64,000 nucleotides of DNA from Octopus vulgaris (Eukaryota): positions 29,884,001 through 29,948,000 of the forward strand of contig OX597833.1 of the NCBI GenBank assembly GCA_951406725.2. The letters are read 5' to 3'. The translations under genes and the position numbers were made by a program. The notes below the pieces were generated by a model, which was given only the letters and a program-made list of their open reading frames with translations, did not search any database and was not told where the DNA came from. Positions 35,738-48,660 of the stretch are shown here, one piece after another. Each line of letters starts with the position of its first letter. Positions within the stretch are counted from its first letter, which is position 1.

Positions 35738-36448
35738 ATATGTATTTATGTATATTTTCTTATAAATTATATATACATACACACACTACAATTTATTCAG
35801 TAAAGCATTTTTTTATACAAAAAATCATAAGTAAAATGTGATTTTATTTTTTTGTATAAAACTCATTTTGTGAAAGACACTGGTATTTTTACAGTAAAAC
35901 TTTTATACGAAAACATTTTTTATATGAAAATAATTTTGTATCTTTATTTTCATATATAAGATACATGGAAAAGGTAAAAAAAATATTTATCTCCTAATTT
36001 AAAAAAATAAAACTTGCTTTATTTAGATATATGCATAAATTTAACGCATTTTCAACTCTTTCTTCTAACACACACAACAGAAGTAAATAGACACCTCATA
36101 AAACATCGTTTTATTTATTTATTTTTTGTTTCAGTCATTTGACTGTGGCCTTTAGTTGAGCAAATCAACCCCAGGACTTATTCTTTGTAAGCCTAGTACT
36201 TATTCTATCAGGCTCTCTTGCCGAACTGCTAACTAACAGGGATATAAACATACCAGCATCAGTTGTCAGGCTATGTTGGTGGGGACAAACACAGACATAT
36301 ACATACATATACATACATACATATATATGTATATATATGTATGTATGTATATATATATTTATGTGTATATATATTTATGTGTATATATATATGTGTATGT
36401 ATATATATATGTGTATGTATATATATATATATGTATGTATATGTATGT

Positions 36449-36479
<31 letters not shown>

Positions 36480-36481
36480 TG

Positions 36482-36544
<63 letters not shown>

Positions 36545-36545
36545 G

Positions 36546-36581
<36 letters not shown>

Positions 36582-36645
36582 TGTATGTATATATATATGT
36601 ATGTATATATGTATGTATGTATATATGTATGTATATATATGTATG

Positions 36646-36684
<39 letters not shown>

Positions 36685-36704
36685 GATGGGCTTCTTCAAC
36701 AAGC

Positions 36705-37285
36705 CAATATCAAGTGGAGAAAAGATTGGGCCATTGAGGTGATGGAGTAGCCACTAGCATTTTGGGATACTATCATATTCTCTGAGGAGTCCAGATTTGC
36801 AGTATTTTCTGACTGGTTGAGTATGGGTCTGGAGACTCTGTCATCAAGAATTTAACATGAAAAGATTGCTGCCAACACTGAAACAAGGCAGCTATTTTGT
36901 GATGTTTTGGGGAGCAAGTTGGAGCAATGGTCAATCAGAGCTGGTGGAAACATAAACTCAGATAAATATGTGTCCATATTGCAGAAAGGACTCCTTCCAA
37001 TCTTCTCTAATGGTGAAACGATTAAAGAAGACTCCTTATTTATTAAAAAGACCCAAGATTGATTGGAAAATAATGGCATTAAAATACTTCCATGGTCAAG
37101 CCAGTCACCAGATATGAACCCTATTGAACATCTCTGGGGCATAATGGACAGGACACTTAGCTAAAAGAACAAAATGCATCCTCAAAGCCAGATCTTTTGA
37201 GATTATTGCATGAAACTTAGCAAGAAACCCCCCAAGAGAGTATTCATCATGTGATCAGTAGAATGCCTTATAGGATATGTGATGA
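36705..37285 (+). pseudogene. Tc1-family transposase catalytic fragment (decayed)
   Basis: FSEESRF, VWVWR, VMFWG, INSDKYVSILQ, IKILPWSSQSPDMNPIEHLWG (SPDLNPIE motif). Confidence 0.8.
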
Positions 37286-37431
37286 TCTAGGGGGATATAT
37301 CTTGGAAATCTTGGTTCCCTTAATGGCAGAATTAATAGTGAAGACTATTTAAGCGTATATATATATGGGTACAGGGTGTCACCAACTGTTCAAACAACAT
37401 GAAATATGTAAACAGTGAGAAAAATAGAGAG

Positions 37432-37730
37432 AACAGGACAAGTAAACACAGAGAAAAGACCCTTCATCAGTTGTGAGCTGTCTATCTACTCCTCATTTCA
37501 AGCATTGGAGGAGAGTAGATAGACAGCCGACAACTGATGAAGGGTCATTTCTCTGTTTACTTGTCCTGTACTCCATCGTTTTTCTCGGCTATTGGACGCT
37601 CAGGAAAGGAAAGAAAGGAGGATTTAACGTTTTGAGCGGAGCTTTTGGTCAGAAACATAGGTAAAGGAAAGATCCAAGGAAGGGGAGACGGAGGGAAAAA
37701 AATCGCCAACGATACACACATGGTCACATT

Positions 37731-37735
<5 letters not shown>
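37432..37735. repeat. Hairpin (~62-bp arms, 37432-37494 / 37508-37569) plus a degenerate minus-strand hammerhead-like motif; probable Penelope relic
   Basis: Arms are imperfect reverse complements. At ~37623-37657 the minus strand reads tttCTGACCAaaagctccgctcAAAAcgttaaa. Confidence 0.5.
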
Positions 37736-37774
<39 letters not shown>

Positions 37775-38686
37775 TTACATACATGCATATTTATATGTAT
37801 ACATATTTATATATTTATATATGCGCATGCATGCGTGCACACATACATGTACACACACATATGGTAACATGTTCCAGCCTACCTACCTAACCTAATCTAG
37901 TTTGGGAAGTTTTAATTTTGGTGTGGCTGAAGGATAGAGAGGAAGAGTGATGGACTTAAATCTAAGTACTTAATATGTAGATTTAGCTGCCCTGGAAATA
38001 TTGAAGTTGTGTGAAAGAGTACAGTTTTGATGGGCGTGTGTTTACTTTGTAAATATTCACCCTGGCACATCAGGTGGAGTTTTTTTTTTTGTTTTGTCTG
38101 TAGTTTTTCTTTTATATCACCCTGTTTTTTTTTTATATTTTCCTGTGGTGGTGGTAGTATGGAAAAGGGGTGAGTAAAAGATATATTTCAAGGAAAATAT
38201 TGATGCTATATTTCTCCCCCACTTCCTCACCTGTTGGGGGGGGGATCCCCCACACCACCTTTTCCTTTTTGTCTTTTTCTCAACCATCCATTTTCAGTGT
38301 GGATTTGGGGGTGGGATACATGGTTATTTTGTTTATTTATTTATCTTTTTTTTTTTTTTTTTTTTTTTCTTTTAAACATGCTATGCTATATGTCATGAAG
38401 TCACTTTTTTTTTTATTCCTGTATTAGATTTCATACTTTCAAATAATGAATCACCTTCTCCCTCTGCTCTGTCTTCACTTACACATTTAGAAAAGTCAGT
38501 GTGCATGTGTTTAAATAGCATTGTATTAAATTTCGTAATTTATATACACATACATGCACATGCATACACACATCACACACACACATACATTTGCCATTAG
38601 TATATATGTGTATTTTTGAAAGAAGACCAGCTATGAATTGTCACAGAAAAGTTAGTGAATCCCATCATGTGTGTGTGTGTGTGTGT

Positions 38687-40238
38687 ACATGGTTTGATCA
38701 ATAAGTATCCAGACTGGAGAGTGACGCCACTTGGCACAGACTGGCCTTGAACTCTGTTGTGCATGTGCACTAAGTTTTAACATTCTAGCTCACTTGTGCT
38801 GTTTACAGCAGTGCATGGAAGGATTGTGTGTAGTGTGTGATCATTGCATTGACCATGACTGAAAGTTGAGCTGAGAATCTGCATCAAATTGTGCCAAAAG
38901 CTTGGTGATACCTGCCCAGAGGCCTATGCAAAGTTTTCAAAGAGCTTTCATTGTTCTCAACACACTGAATAAAACCCAAGTGTCTTTTTGGTCTGCTGAA
39001 AACAGTTTTGACACAAACTTGGCAGACATGTATCTCATACCCAAATATTCAGTGATAATGGAATATTTTTTGGAAGAGGTAGACCCAGGAAAACCTGGGA
39101 TGAGGTGGTGAAGAACGACCTTCACGCTTTAGATCTCACCGAGGAAATGACCAGAGACCGAGACCTTTGGAAGTATGCTGTGCGCGAGAAGACCTGGCAG
39201 GACACATGAGGCCATAACCCATAGCCCCTACCTGGGACGTAGTCAGTCCACCTGTGCATACCTTCTTTTTTGGGACACTTGTGAAGACCTGTTGAGGCAA
39301 GTGAAAATCAAATCAAATCAAAATCGATGAACATCAATGGAATTAAAACCATCCGAACGTGGCTGTAGCCAGTACCGCATCGACTGGCCTTCGTGCTGTG
39401 GGCACGTAACAAACACCATCCGAGCGTGGCCGTTCGCCAGCCTCGTCTGGCACCTGTGTCGGTGGCACAAAAAAACACCATCAGAGCGGGCCGTTCGCCA
39501 GCCTCGTCTGGCACATAATAAACACCATCCGAGTGTGGCCGTTCGCCAGCCTCGTCTGGCACCTGTGTTGGTGGCACATAAAAAGCACCCACTACACTCA
39601 CGGAGTGGTTGGCGTTAGGAAGGGCATCCAGCTGTAGAAACACTGCCAGATCTGACTGGCTTGGTGCAGCCTTCGGGCTTCCCAGACCCCAGTTGAACCG
39701 TCCAACCCATGCTAGCATGGAAAGCGGACGTTAAATGATGATGATGAATGGATTGAACTGAACTATAACTAATCTGCATATCCTCTGATAACTCACAGAT
39801 GGTGATTCAATGATTTCCCCTCACAGCTGCATGCACATCTGTGATATTTTTCTCACTTCTGCTGGTTGTGGGTCTCCCAGAATGTTCATCAATATTGACA
39901 TTTTTTTGCCCATCTTGGAAATGTCTGACCTACTCGTGTGCAGCTCATACACTCCTCTCCATACACTTATTTATACACTCCTCTCCATACATTTTCTACT
40001 ACTTTGCATAGGCCTCTGAACAGGTATCACCATGACAACTTTTTCTGTCACGATCAATGCCACGATCACACGTTCCTTCCAAGTACTGCTGTAAACAGTG
40101 GATGTGAGCTAGAACATTAAAACTTAGTGTGCATGTACAGTAGAGTTCCAGATCAATTTGTGCCGAGCAGCTTCACTCTGCATGCTTTAGTTTCGTTACT
40201 GTAGCAGCAGTCTATATACTTATGGATCAGACTTCGTA
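38687..40238. mobile_element. Non-autonomous mariner derivative built from two inverted 5' ends, interrupted by an RTE insertion
   Basis: Termini tacatggtttgatcaataagtatccagact and agtctatatacttatggatcagacttcgta. Plus-strand transposase start (LRICIKLCQKLGDT) and minus-strand LGMRYMSAKFVSKLFSADQK. Confidence 0.7.
39071..39746 (+). mobile_element. RTE LINE 3' end with tandem 3'-UTR repeats
   Basis: GRGRPRK..DEVVKND, three to four ~60-bp units, terminal gaaccgtccaacccatgctagcatgg and (GAT)n; possible AATGGA TSD. Confidence 0.88.
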
Positions 40239-40262
40239 ATTATATATATAAATATATATATG

Positions 40263-40547
40263 CACATAAAAACACCATCCGAGCGTGGCCGTCTGCCAGC
40301 CTCGTCTGGCACCTGTGTCGGTGGCACATAAAAAACACCATCCGAGTGTGGCCGTTCGCCAGCCTCGTCTGGCACCTGTGTCGGTGGCACATAAAATCAC
40401 CCACTGCACTCTCGGAGTGGTTGGCATCCAGCTGTAGAAACACTGCCAGATCTGACTGGCCTGGTGCAGCCTTCGGGCTCCCCAGACCCCAGTTGAACCG
40501 TCCAACCCATGCTAGAATGGAGAACGGACGCTAAATGATGATGATGA
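40263..40547 (+). mobile_element. RTE 3'-tail fragment
   Basis: Two ~60-bp units plus terminal sequence and (GAT)n. Confidence 0.85.
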
Positions 40548-40554
40548 TATATAT

Positions 40555-40623
<69 letters not shown>

Positions 40624-40633
40624 TATATATATA

Positions 40634-41382
40634 TCTCTTATTATAAAAGGCAGATTTTATCTGCCTCCCTTTGTCAGTTATAGAAATCTACAATATAGGA
40701 TTTCTTCAATTACAATTTACCTAGCATTTTTAAGAGTAGAATGCATCGGGTCATGCCAGGTCCAGTTTTTAAAATTTAAACTCCAATTAAGCAAAATTTA
40801 CAGAAAACTCACATTCTGGTGTGTATGTCAAATGCTTTTCTTAATGTGGTTTACACCACACGCACACGCACACACACAGTGTGCAACGAATAAAATGAAA
40901 GTAATTCACTGTGTGTGTTGACAGGTAGACAATAGAATGCGATGGCGATGTAATATTTGTTTCTGTCTATCACGCTGATAGATACATGAGTAAAATGTAT
41001 GGCAAGCTAAGAGATAAGAGTGAGTGAAAATGTTCTTGGAAGAGAGTAAATAGCGACAGAGTGATTTGAGGAAGACTAAACTGAAAGTATTTCTATAAAA
41101 CGGATCACTCATGCTATCAACATAATTTCTCCCACTTTCTCTTTGCAAGTGTACCTTAAACCACTACTCAAAAAATAAAAAAACACAGCAAACAGAAACA
41201 AATAAATACATAACGATTTACTCCTCACACAGTTTCTTCAGTTAGAGTTTACCTAAGATTTTTCAAAGTACTCCATTCGGTCATGCCATAACAAATTTCT
41301 TTCAATTTCACCCCCAATTAAGACAAAATTCGAGAAAACTCAATATTTTAACATTTCACTCCGAAAGCATTGATGTGCGTGC

Positions 41383-41421
<39 letters not shown>

Positions 41422-42885
41422 ATGGGTTGTGCGACACAGAAAGTGTGGTGTGTAAGTGAAGTGCTTTTGTTAGTGTGTGTAAAGAGACAGAGAGAGTGAA
41501 AGACAGAAATAACTGAACTTTTTTTATTCACTTTTTGTAGTGAGTGACTGAGAGAGAAAAGAGAGAGAGAGGTTATGTATGTATATATGTATGTATGGCT
41601 TCAGTGACACACACACACAAAAACACATACCTACGTACACCTAAAGCACGCACACACACACGCACAAGCGGAGCGCGAGCTTCAAAATTTTGGTAGTATT
41701 AATTTGCGAGCATACTTCTAAGCGCACGTAATTGAAAGTTTTCACTATGATATCACGTGCGAAAAAATTCGAAGGGTTTTGAACAATTGAGATACAGATG
41801 TCACGCCTGTATTGAAACCATTGCTAAGCTGCCGTAATTGCTTAATTAAGACTTTGTTTAAATTGAAAGGGGCAAATATGTGACGAGGTTGAAAAAAATA
41901 CCCCAGAAAAAAAAATGTACTGCTGGTATTTATATAATTCACTACTATTTTGCTACAATGTCATGAAAAAGAAAAAATTTAGGTATGTACAACATATATT
42001 ATACATTTTTTCTATTCATTCAACGAAAATAAAAAAATCGAATTCGCCACCCCATTTTCCCCGTTCGCGTTTGTGTAAAAAAAATTATTATTTAAGCTTT
42101 AAAAATTATTTACTTTGTTCAAAAAATATTAATATTAATTAATTTTCAAGAATTATTTAATTTTATTCTGTAAAATAGTAATTAATTCATTTATCTGTAA
42201 ATCCGCGAGGTTGTTACTCAGGCACCTAGAAGTAGCAGCCAGATTTTTATATTCTAAATAATTTGCAATTTCAAAAAATATATTAATTTTGCGTTATTTA
42301 ATTTGATAAATTCTACGGAATAATTTTGCGCGTTATATACATTCGCGTTTCTGTAAAAAAAGTAATCATTTAAGGGCGATCGAGTATCGAGTACATACGT
42401 CTGTCTCGCACGCGCGAATCCGCGTGTGCGCAACCGGGACCACTCTGCGATACAAGTACCCATATATACATCCATACATACATGTGTGTGTGTGTCTATG
42501 TATGTGTATTAATGTGTGTGTGTTATCTCTATATAAAGCTAAAGTTGTCTGTGTGCGCCACGTTTGGTAACCTTCAACTAACACTATCTCCTCCGAGACC
42601 CTGCGGCGCAAGTTGACCAAAATTGAGAGTATGATAGAAGAAGGGTTGCTCTTCCTTCCATAGAACATAAAATTCAAATCGGACCATGTTAACACCAAAA
42701 ATTATTTACATCAAGAAGATGCTTTTTTCTATGAAAATCCCTATTTTTTTACGATTTTTTTCACTGCTGTGTCGCCACTTTTCGGTGTATTTCGACCAGA
42801 AAAATGTTCACAAAATTTTTACTTTTCAAAATTACAATTCCAGCGGGTCGAAACAAACCCGAGCAACGCCGGGCGATACTGCTAG
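40634..42885 (+). mobile_element. Composite non-autonomous Helitron (inner unit 42526-42885)
   Basis: Outer 5' TCTCTTATTATAAAAGGCAG with several hundred bp shared with 24958-25520; inner 5' TCTCTATATAAAG; 3' CCCGAGCAACGCCGGG...CTAG; A|T target in a TA repeat. Confidence 0.72.
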
Positions 42886-43881
42886 TATATATATACATGT
42901 ATATATATATATGGTGTGTGTGTCTTTGTATCTGTGTTTATGTCCCATAATATAGCAGTTTGCCAAAAGAGACCGATAGAGTAAGTACCAAACTTCAAAA
43001 ATAAATAAGTACTGAGGTTGATTTCTTCTACTCAAAATTCTTTAAGGTTGTGCCATAGCATAGTCACAGTCAAATCACTGAAAAAGTATTTATATATATA
43101 TATATTAAACTATGCCAGTCAGATCCCCTCAAAATATATCCTCCTGCTTGTTTCTTGACCACTTCTCCCCCTCCCTAACTAACTCTCTCCCTCCCTATGT
43201 CTCTCTATGTCTCCCTCTTTCGATAACCACTTGCTTCACCTAGACCTCCTCCTACTGCCATCGCCCTATTATAAACTAGCGAATGCATAACGGGACTCCC
43301 ACTTGCTTCCTAACCCCTACCGAAGAATAACGGGTTGCTCATAAACGGATAAAAGATAAGAATTCTTCCTTCAACCTCGCTTCATCTACCTACTATTTTT
43401 GCACAGATCATTATTCTTTCATTATTTTTTTCATTATTCTGTCTAGTTCAGTAACATGCCATTCATGTAAATATACTTTTCGATAGTCTTGTCTTCCTTG
43501 TTGTTCCCTGAGATAACCTTATATTCATTGATTCACTCAACTATTAAAGTCTTAACACTCAGCCTCTTATCTTTCCCCTAAAATTTGTCTTTCTCAGATT
43601 TTTCAAACCTACATTTTAGTCTCACGATTAGCAGACCCTATTCCTAGTTAGAGGTGCACCCGCCCTCCCACCCCTCCACCTGTACCGGAAGTTCCTAATC
43701 TTTGCCATCCTTGGGATGCCTCCCATGAAACTGCAAAAGTCCTTTCACTAGCCCCACCCCCACTTTCGGTCTATCTCATATAGTGCAAAATATGAAAGGG
43801 TAGTGTTATGCAGGTTGAACTGAAGGCTACTGTATTGCTTGCTCATGAATTCTGCAAAATGCGAGTTTTCTTTTCAGGTAC

Positions 43882-46800
43882 ATGAAGCTACTGTCCACCG
43901 TCCCAGGGTCTCTAGGGCCCATACCTCCAAAACCCTCAACGTTTGGCACACTGAAAGGTAGGTCTGGCGAGATTGTTGAGATACTTGAACGGAGATGTGT
44001 TGATATATGTTGCATCCAAGAAGTGAGGTGGAGAGGAGGTTCTGCTAGGTTCATCACAGGCAAAGAACACAGGTACAAGATTTTCTGGGCAGAGAACACT
44101 GATGGGGTTGGGGGCATAGGTATACTTCTTGCTGAAAAATGGGTAGATAAGGTAATTGAGGTAATCAGAGTATGTGACAGAATACTTAAGATTAGATTAG
44201 TGCTTCATCATGGATTAGCAACCATTATATTGGCCTATGCCCCTCAGCCGGGGCTATCTAATGGACAGAAAGACCGATTAGACACCCTACTGCAGACTAC
44301 CTTATTGACGAACGAAAGAAACCTTCTCTTTGTGGCTGGTGACTTCAATGGGCATGTTGGACAACATGCTGGGGGCTTCCATGGTGTACATGGAGGCTAT
44401 GGTTATGGTCCCTGCAACGAGGAGGGAACCAGGCTGCTGGAGGTCTGTGATGCAAATGATCTTATGGTTTGCAACACTAACTTCAGGAAACCTACCAGCC
44501 ACCTAGTCACCTACAGATTGGGCCGACATACTAGCCAAATTGACTACATCCTTGCCAGGAAAAGAAAGAGGGCTGCTTATAAATGCCAAAACCTTCCCAG
44601 GCGAAGAATGTACCCCACAATATAGACTTGTAGTTAGTGACTTTAGGATCAGGACTAAGAAGACGACCAACATGGAGAAGAAAGGTCTGGAAGCTTAAAG
44701 ATCCTGCGAATGGACAGAGATTTAGGGACATATTACTTGAAGTCTTTGACGAAGTAGAAGGGGATATAGCTTCACATGGGGTAGAAGACAACTGGAGGTT
44801 TCTAAGGGACAACCTGCTGAGAGCCACTGACCAGATCTGTGGATGGTGCAAAGTCACTTCTCGACCCAAAATAACGTGGTGGTGGAACAATGTTGTAGAC
44901 AGGGCTATTAGAGAAAAGAGACAGGCTTGGAAGGACTGGAAGAATGGTGGTAGCAGGGAATCGTATCAGACTGCCAAAAGAGAAGCTAGGAGACAGTTTA
45001 ATTAGCCAGAAGGGAAGCAGATAAGAAAGAATTTGCCAATGTTCTGCACCATGAGGACCAAAGACTTGAGGTATTTCGTGTTGCAAGACAGTGTGTGAGA
45101 GAGAATCGTGATGTTGTAGGAGAGAAATGTGTCCGCATGGTTGATGGTTCCCTTGCACTAAATGAGGCTGCAAAGAGAGAGGTTTGGAGACGCCACTATG
45201 AAAGTTTGCTGAACAAAGAAAATGAATGTGAGAAAGAGAGTCTGCCGATTGTCGACCCAATAGAGGGAGCAGCTATCTAAGTTGACAGTACCTTGGTCGT
45301 TAAAGCAATTAAGAGTATGAAGGCAGGGAAAACCCCCGGCCCATCAGGAATCACTGCAGAGATGCTCAAAATATCTGGCAGTGTCGGCTATAGCCTAGTC
45401 ACCTGTATAGTTAACCAGGTGATACACGAAGGAGTCATACCCAATGACTGGTGTAGCAGCATAATAGTCAACTGCTACAAAGGTAAAAGTGATGCTCTAG
45501 ATACAAATAATTACAGAGGTATCAAGCTGTTGGATCAGGTAATGAAGGTTACAGAGAGGGTCATAGCCCAACTAATTAGAGAGAGAGTTAGTTTAGATGA
45601 GATGCAGTTTGGGTTCGTGCCAGAGAAAAGTACCACTGATGCTATATTCCTGGTAAGACAGCTGCGGGAGAAATACCTAGCCAAAGATAAGCCCCTGTAC
45701 CTGGCTTTCGTTGATATGGAGAAAGCCTTTGACAGGGTCCCCCGATCCCTTATCTGGTGGTCAATGAGGAAACTAGGGATAGATGAATGGTTAGTGAGAG
45801 CTGTGTGAGCCATGTATAGGGACGCTGTTTGTAATGTGAGGGTTGGCAACGAGTACAGTGAAGAATTCCGGGTAGAGGTAGGGGTCCACCAAGGTTGTCC
45901 TCAGCCCCCTCCTATTTATTATAGTCCTCCAGGCAATAATGGAGGAATTCAAAACAGGATGCCCCTGGGAGCTCCTCTATGCTGATGACCTTGCTCTAAT
46001 TGCTGAGTCACTATCAGAACTGGAGAAGTTTCAGGTGTGGAAGCAAGGATTAGAATCGAAGGGCCTTAGAGTCAACCTAGCTAAAACCAAAGTCCTAATA
46101 AGTAGGAAGGTAGACAAATCACAAACGCCTTCAAGTAGATGGCCCTGCTCGATCTGTAGAAAAGGCGTGGGTAGAAACTCTATAAGATGCACCAAGTGTA
46201 AGCTATGGACACATAAGAGGTGCAGCAATGTCAAAGGAAGGCTAAGTAGGAAGATAGTTTTTGTATGTGACAGATGCTCAGGAGCAATAAACACTGAAAA
46301 TGTGCAGACACCAACTTCCACCACATTCTAGGGAGAAAAACTAGAAATAGTTGATAGCTTCCGTTACCTAGGTGACCAAGTCAGTAGTGGGGGTGGGTGT
46401 AACTGCTAGAGTAAGAATAGCCTGGGCAAAGTTCAGAGAGCTCTTACCTCTGCTGGTGACAAAAGACCTCTTGCTCAGAGTAAAAGGCAGACTGTATGAT
46501 GCATGTGTACAAACAGCCATGCTACATGATAGTGAAACATGGGCCGTGACTGCTGAGGATATGCGTAAGCTCGCAAGAAATGAAGCCAGTATGCTCCGAT
46601 GGATGTGTAATGTCAGTGTTCATACTCGACAGAGTGTGAGTACCTTGAGAGAAAAGTTGGACCTAAGAAGCATCAGTTGTGGTGTGCAAGAGAGATGTTT
46701 GCGCTGGTATGGTCATGTGGCGAGAATGGATGAAGATAGTTGTTTGAAAAAGTGCCACACTCTAGCGGTTGAGGGAACCTGTGGAAGAGGTAGACCCAGG

Positions 46801-47586
46801 AAAACCTGGGACAAGGTGGTGAAGCACTACCTTCAAACTTTAGGTCTCACCGAGGAAATGACTAGAGACTGAGACCTTTGGAAGTATGCTGTGCGTGAGA
46901 AGACCCGGCAGGACAAGTGAGACCATAACCCATGGCCTCTACTTGGGATGTAGCCAGTCCACTTATGCATACCTTTCCTTCTTGGGACACAAAACTCTAC
47001 TTGTGAAGACCTGTTGAGGCAAGTGAAAATCAAAATCGAAATCGATCAACATCAATGGAAATTGTAGCTGTGATACCAGTGCCGGTGACACATAAAAGAA
47101 CCATCCGAACTTGGCCACTGCCAGCGCTGCCCCAACTGGCCTCCATGCCAGTGGCACGTAAAAAGCACCATCCGATCATGGTCATTGCCAGCCTCACCTG
47201 GCCTCTGTGCCGGTGGCACGTAAAAAGCACCATCTGATCATGGCCATTTGCCAGCCTCGTCTGGCACCTGTGCCGGTGGTACATAAAAAGCACCATCCGA
47301 ACGTGGCCGATGCCAGCGTCGCCTTAACTGGCTTCTGTGCCGGTGGCACGTAAAATGCACCAACCGATCGTGACCGCTGCCAGACTCCCCTGGCACCTGT
47401 GCCGGTGGCACATAAAAAGCACCCACTACACTCACGGGGTGGTTGGCGTTAGGAAGGGCATCCAGTCGTAGAAACACTGCCAGATGAGACTGGGCCTGGT
47501 GCAGCCTTCTGGCTTCCCAGACCCCAGTTGAACCGTCCAACCCATGCTAGCATGGAAAGTGGACGTTAAACGATGATGATGATGAT
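43882..47586 (+). mobile_element. Near full-length, decayed RTE-clade LINE (APE + RT + C4HC3 finger + tandem 3' UTR)
   Basis: ORF pieces 43882-44625 (CIQEVRW, GDFNGHVG), 44637-45005, 45095-45280, 45293-45808, 45939-46331 (YADD) and 46372-46872; several stops and frameshifts; (GAT)n tail. Confidence 0.95.
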
Positions 47587-48294
47587 ATATATATCCTCCT
47601 GAAACCACTTATAACATACAGTCTGTGTCTGATAGCTCAGAGGACTGCGTAGGCAAAGCTCAGCAAACCAATTTGCTTAGAGCAGAAGAAGCCGTAGTCA
47701 AAGAAGAAGTCAGAAAAGTTGAAAATAACAAATAAAACTGTTGTTACTTCTGAATTCACTGTAGCATTCTGCCTTCTTTACGTTGCCAAGTACACAGTAT
47801 TTTTGCAGTCAGTTCAAAACTGTCCACTGTTTGTGTTAACTGCCAAAACCAACTTCACACTCTACACCAAATACTGTGTCAACTGTTCGATAGGAAATTG
47901 CTCACATCAACTGCCTCACACCAACAACTACATAAAACCATTCATGTTGACTTTCATCACACCTGTTGCACATCGTCTTCCAGCATGAACTTTGAACCAC
48001 CTGTTCACATTGGCTTCCAGCACAAACTAATTTGCCACATGGGCAAATAGTCTTAATACTTCACCCACACCATAAAGTGCACTAAAATCATACTGCCTAC
48101 ACTATAAACAGTTATGTGACCACAAAGAATTATTTTATCGTCTTCGCTTACAAAAACAGAGCACGGTGTTCTAATTCACGTTGTACGAATGATAAATTAT
48201 CTGAATATAAATTTTTTCAATCGTAACAATATATATATAGCCTGTCATTTCAGAACCCGAGAACAAAAAGATTATTAAAGAACTTTATTCTCTT

Positions 48295-48660
48295 ATGTAG
48301 GCTTGGCTGTGTGTGTGGCACCTTGAGCTATTGTTTTGTATTACAGCTTTGAGCCAACCAAAACATTGTGAGTGGATCTGGTTGACAGAAACTGAAAGAA
48401 GGTCATTGCATACATATGTATATGTGTGTTTATCTTGTCTTGACATCAGGTGATTGTTATAAACAAACATCACAGTCATACAAGCAATGTTGTTCATTTC
48501 CATTTTGCTATGGAAAGCATGTCTGGCCATGGGGAAATATTACCTTGCTTGAAAACAGATACGAGTTGGTGACAAGAAAAGCATCTGGTCATAGAAAAAT
48601 TCTGGCCAAGATAATTTCTGACTCATGCAAGTATGGAAAAGTTAATTTCAAATGATGATG
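48295..48660 (+). mobile_element. SINE ending in an RTE-like 3' tail (sister copies ~57500-57940 and ~62470-62830)
   Basis: SINE head/body, then ggggaaatattaccttgcttg...gcatctggtcatagaaa...aatgatgatg resembling the RTE terminus. Confidence 0.55.

Noticed and set aside
47075-47430. Regularly spaced ~60-bp repeats resembling a CRISPR array (also 27630-27920 and 39380-39590)
   Set aside because: The intervening parts are themselves similar, the array is the 3' UTR of an RTE LINE, the DNA is eukaryotic and no cas genes are present.
47600-48200. Possible solo LTR (AATAAA, GC-richer stretch)
   Set aside because: No TG...CA termini with TSD, PBS or second copy visible.
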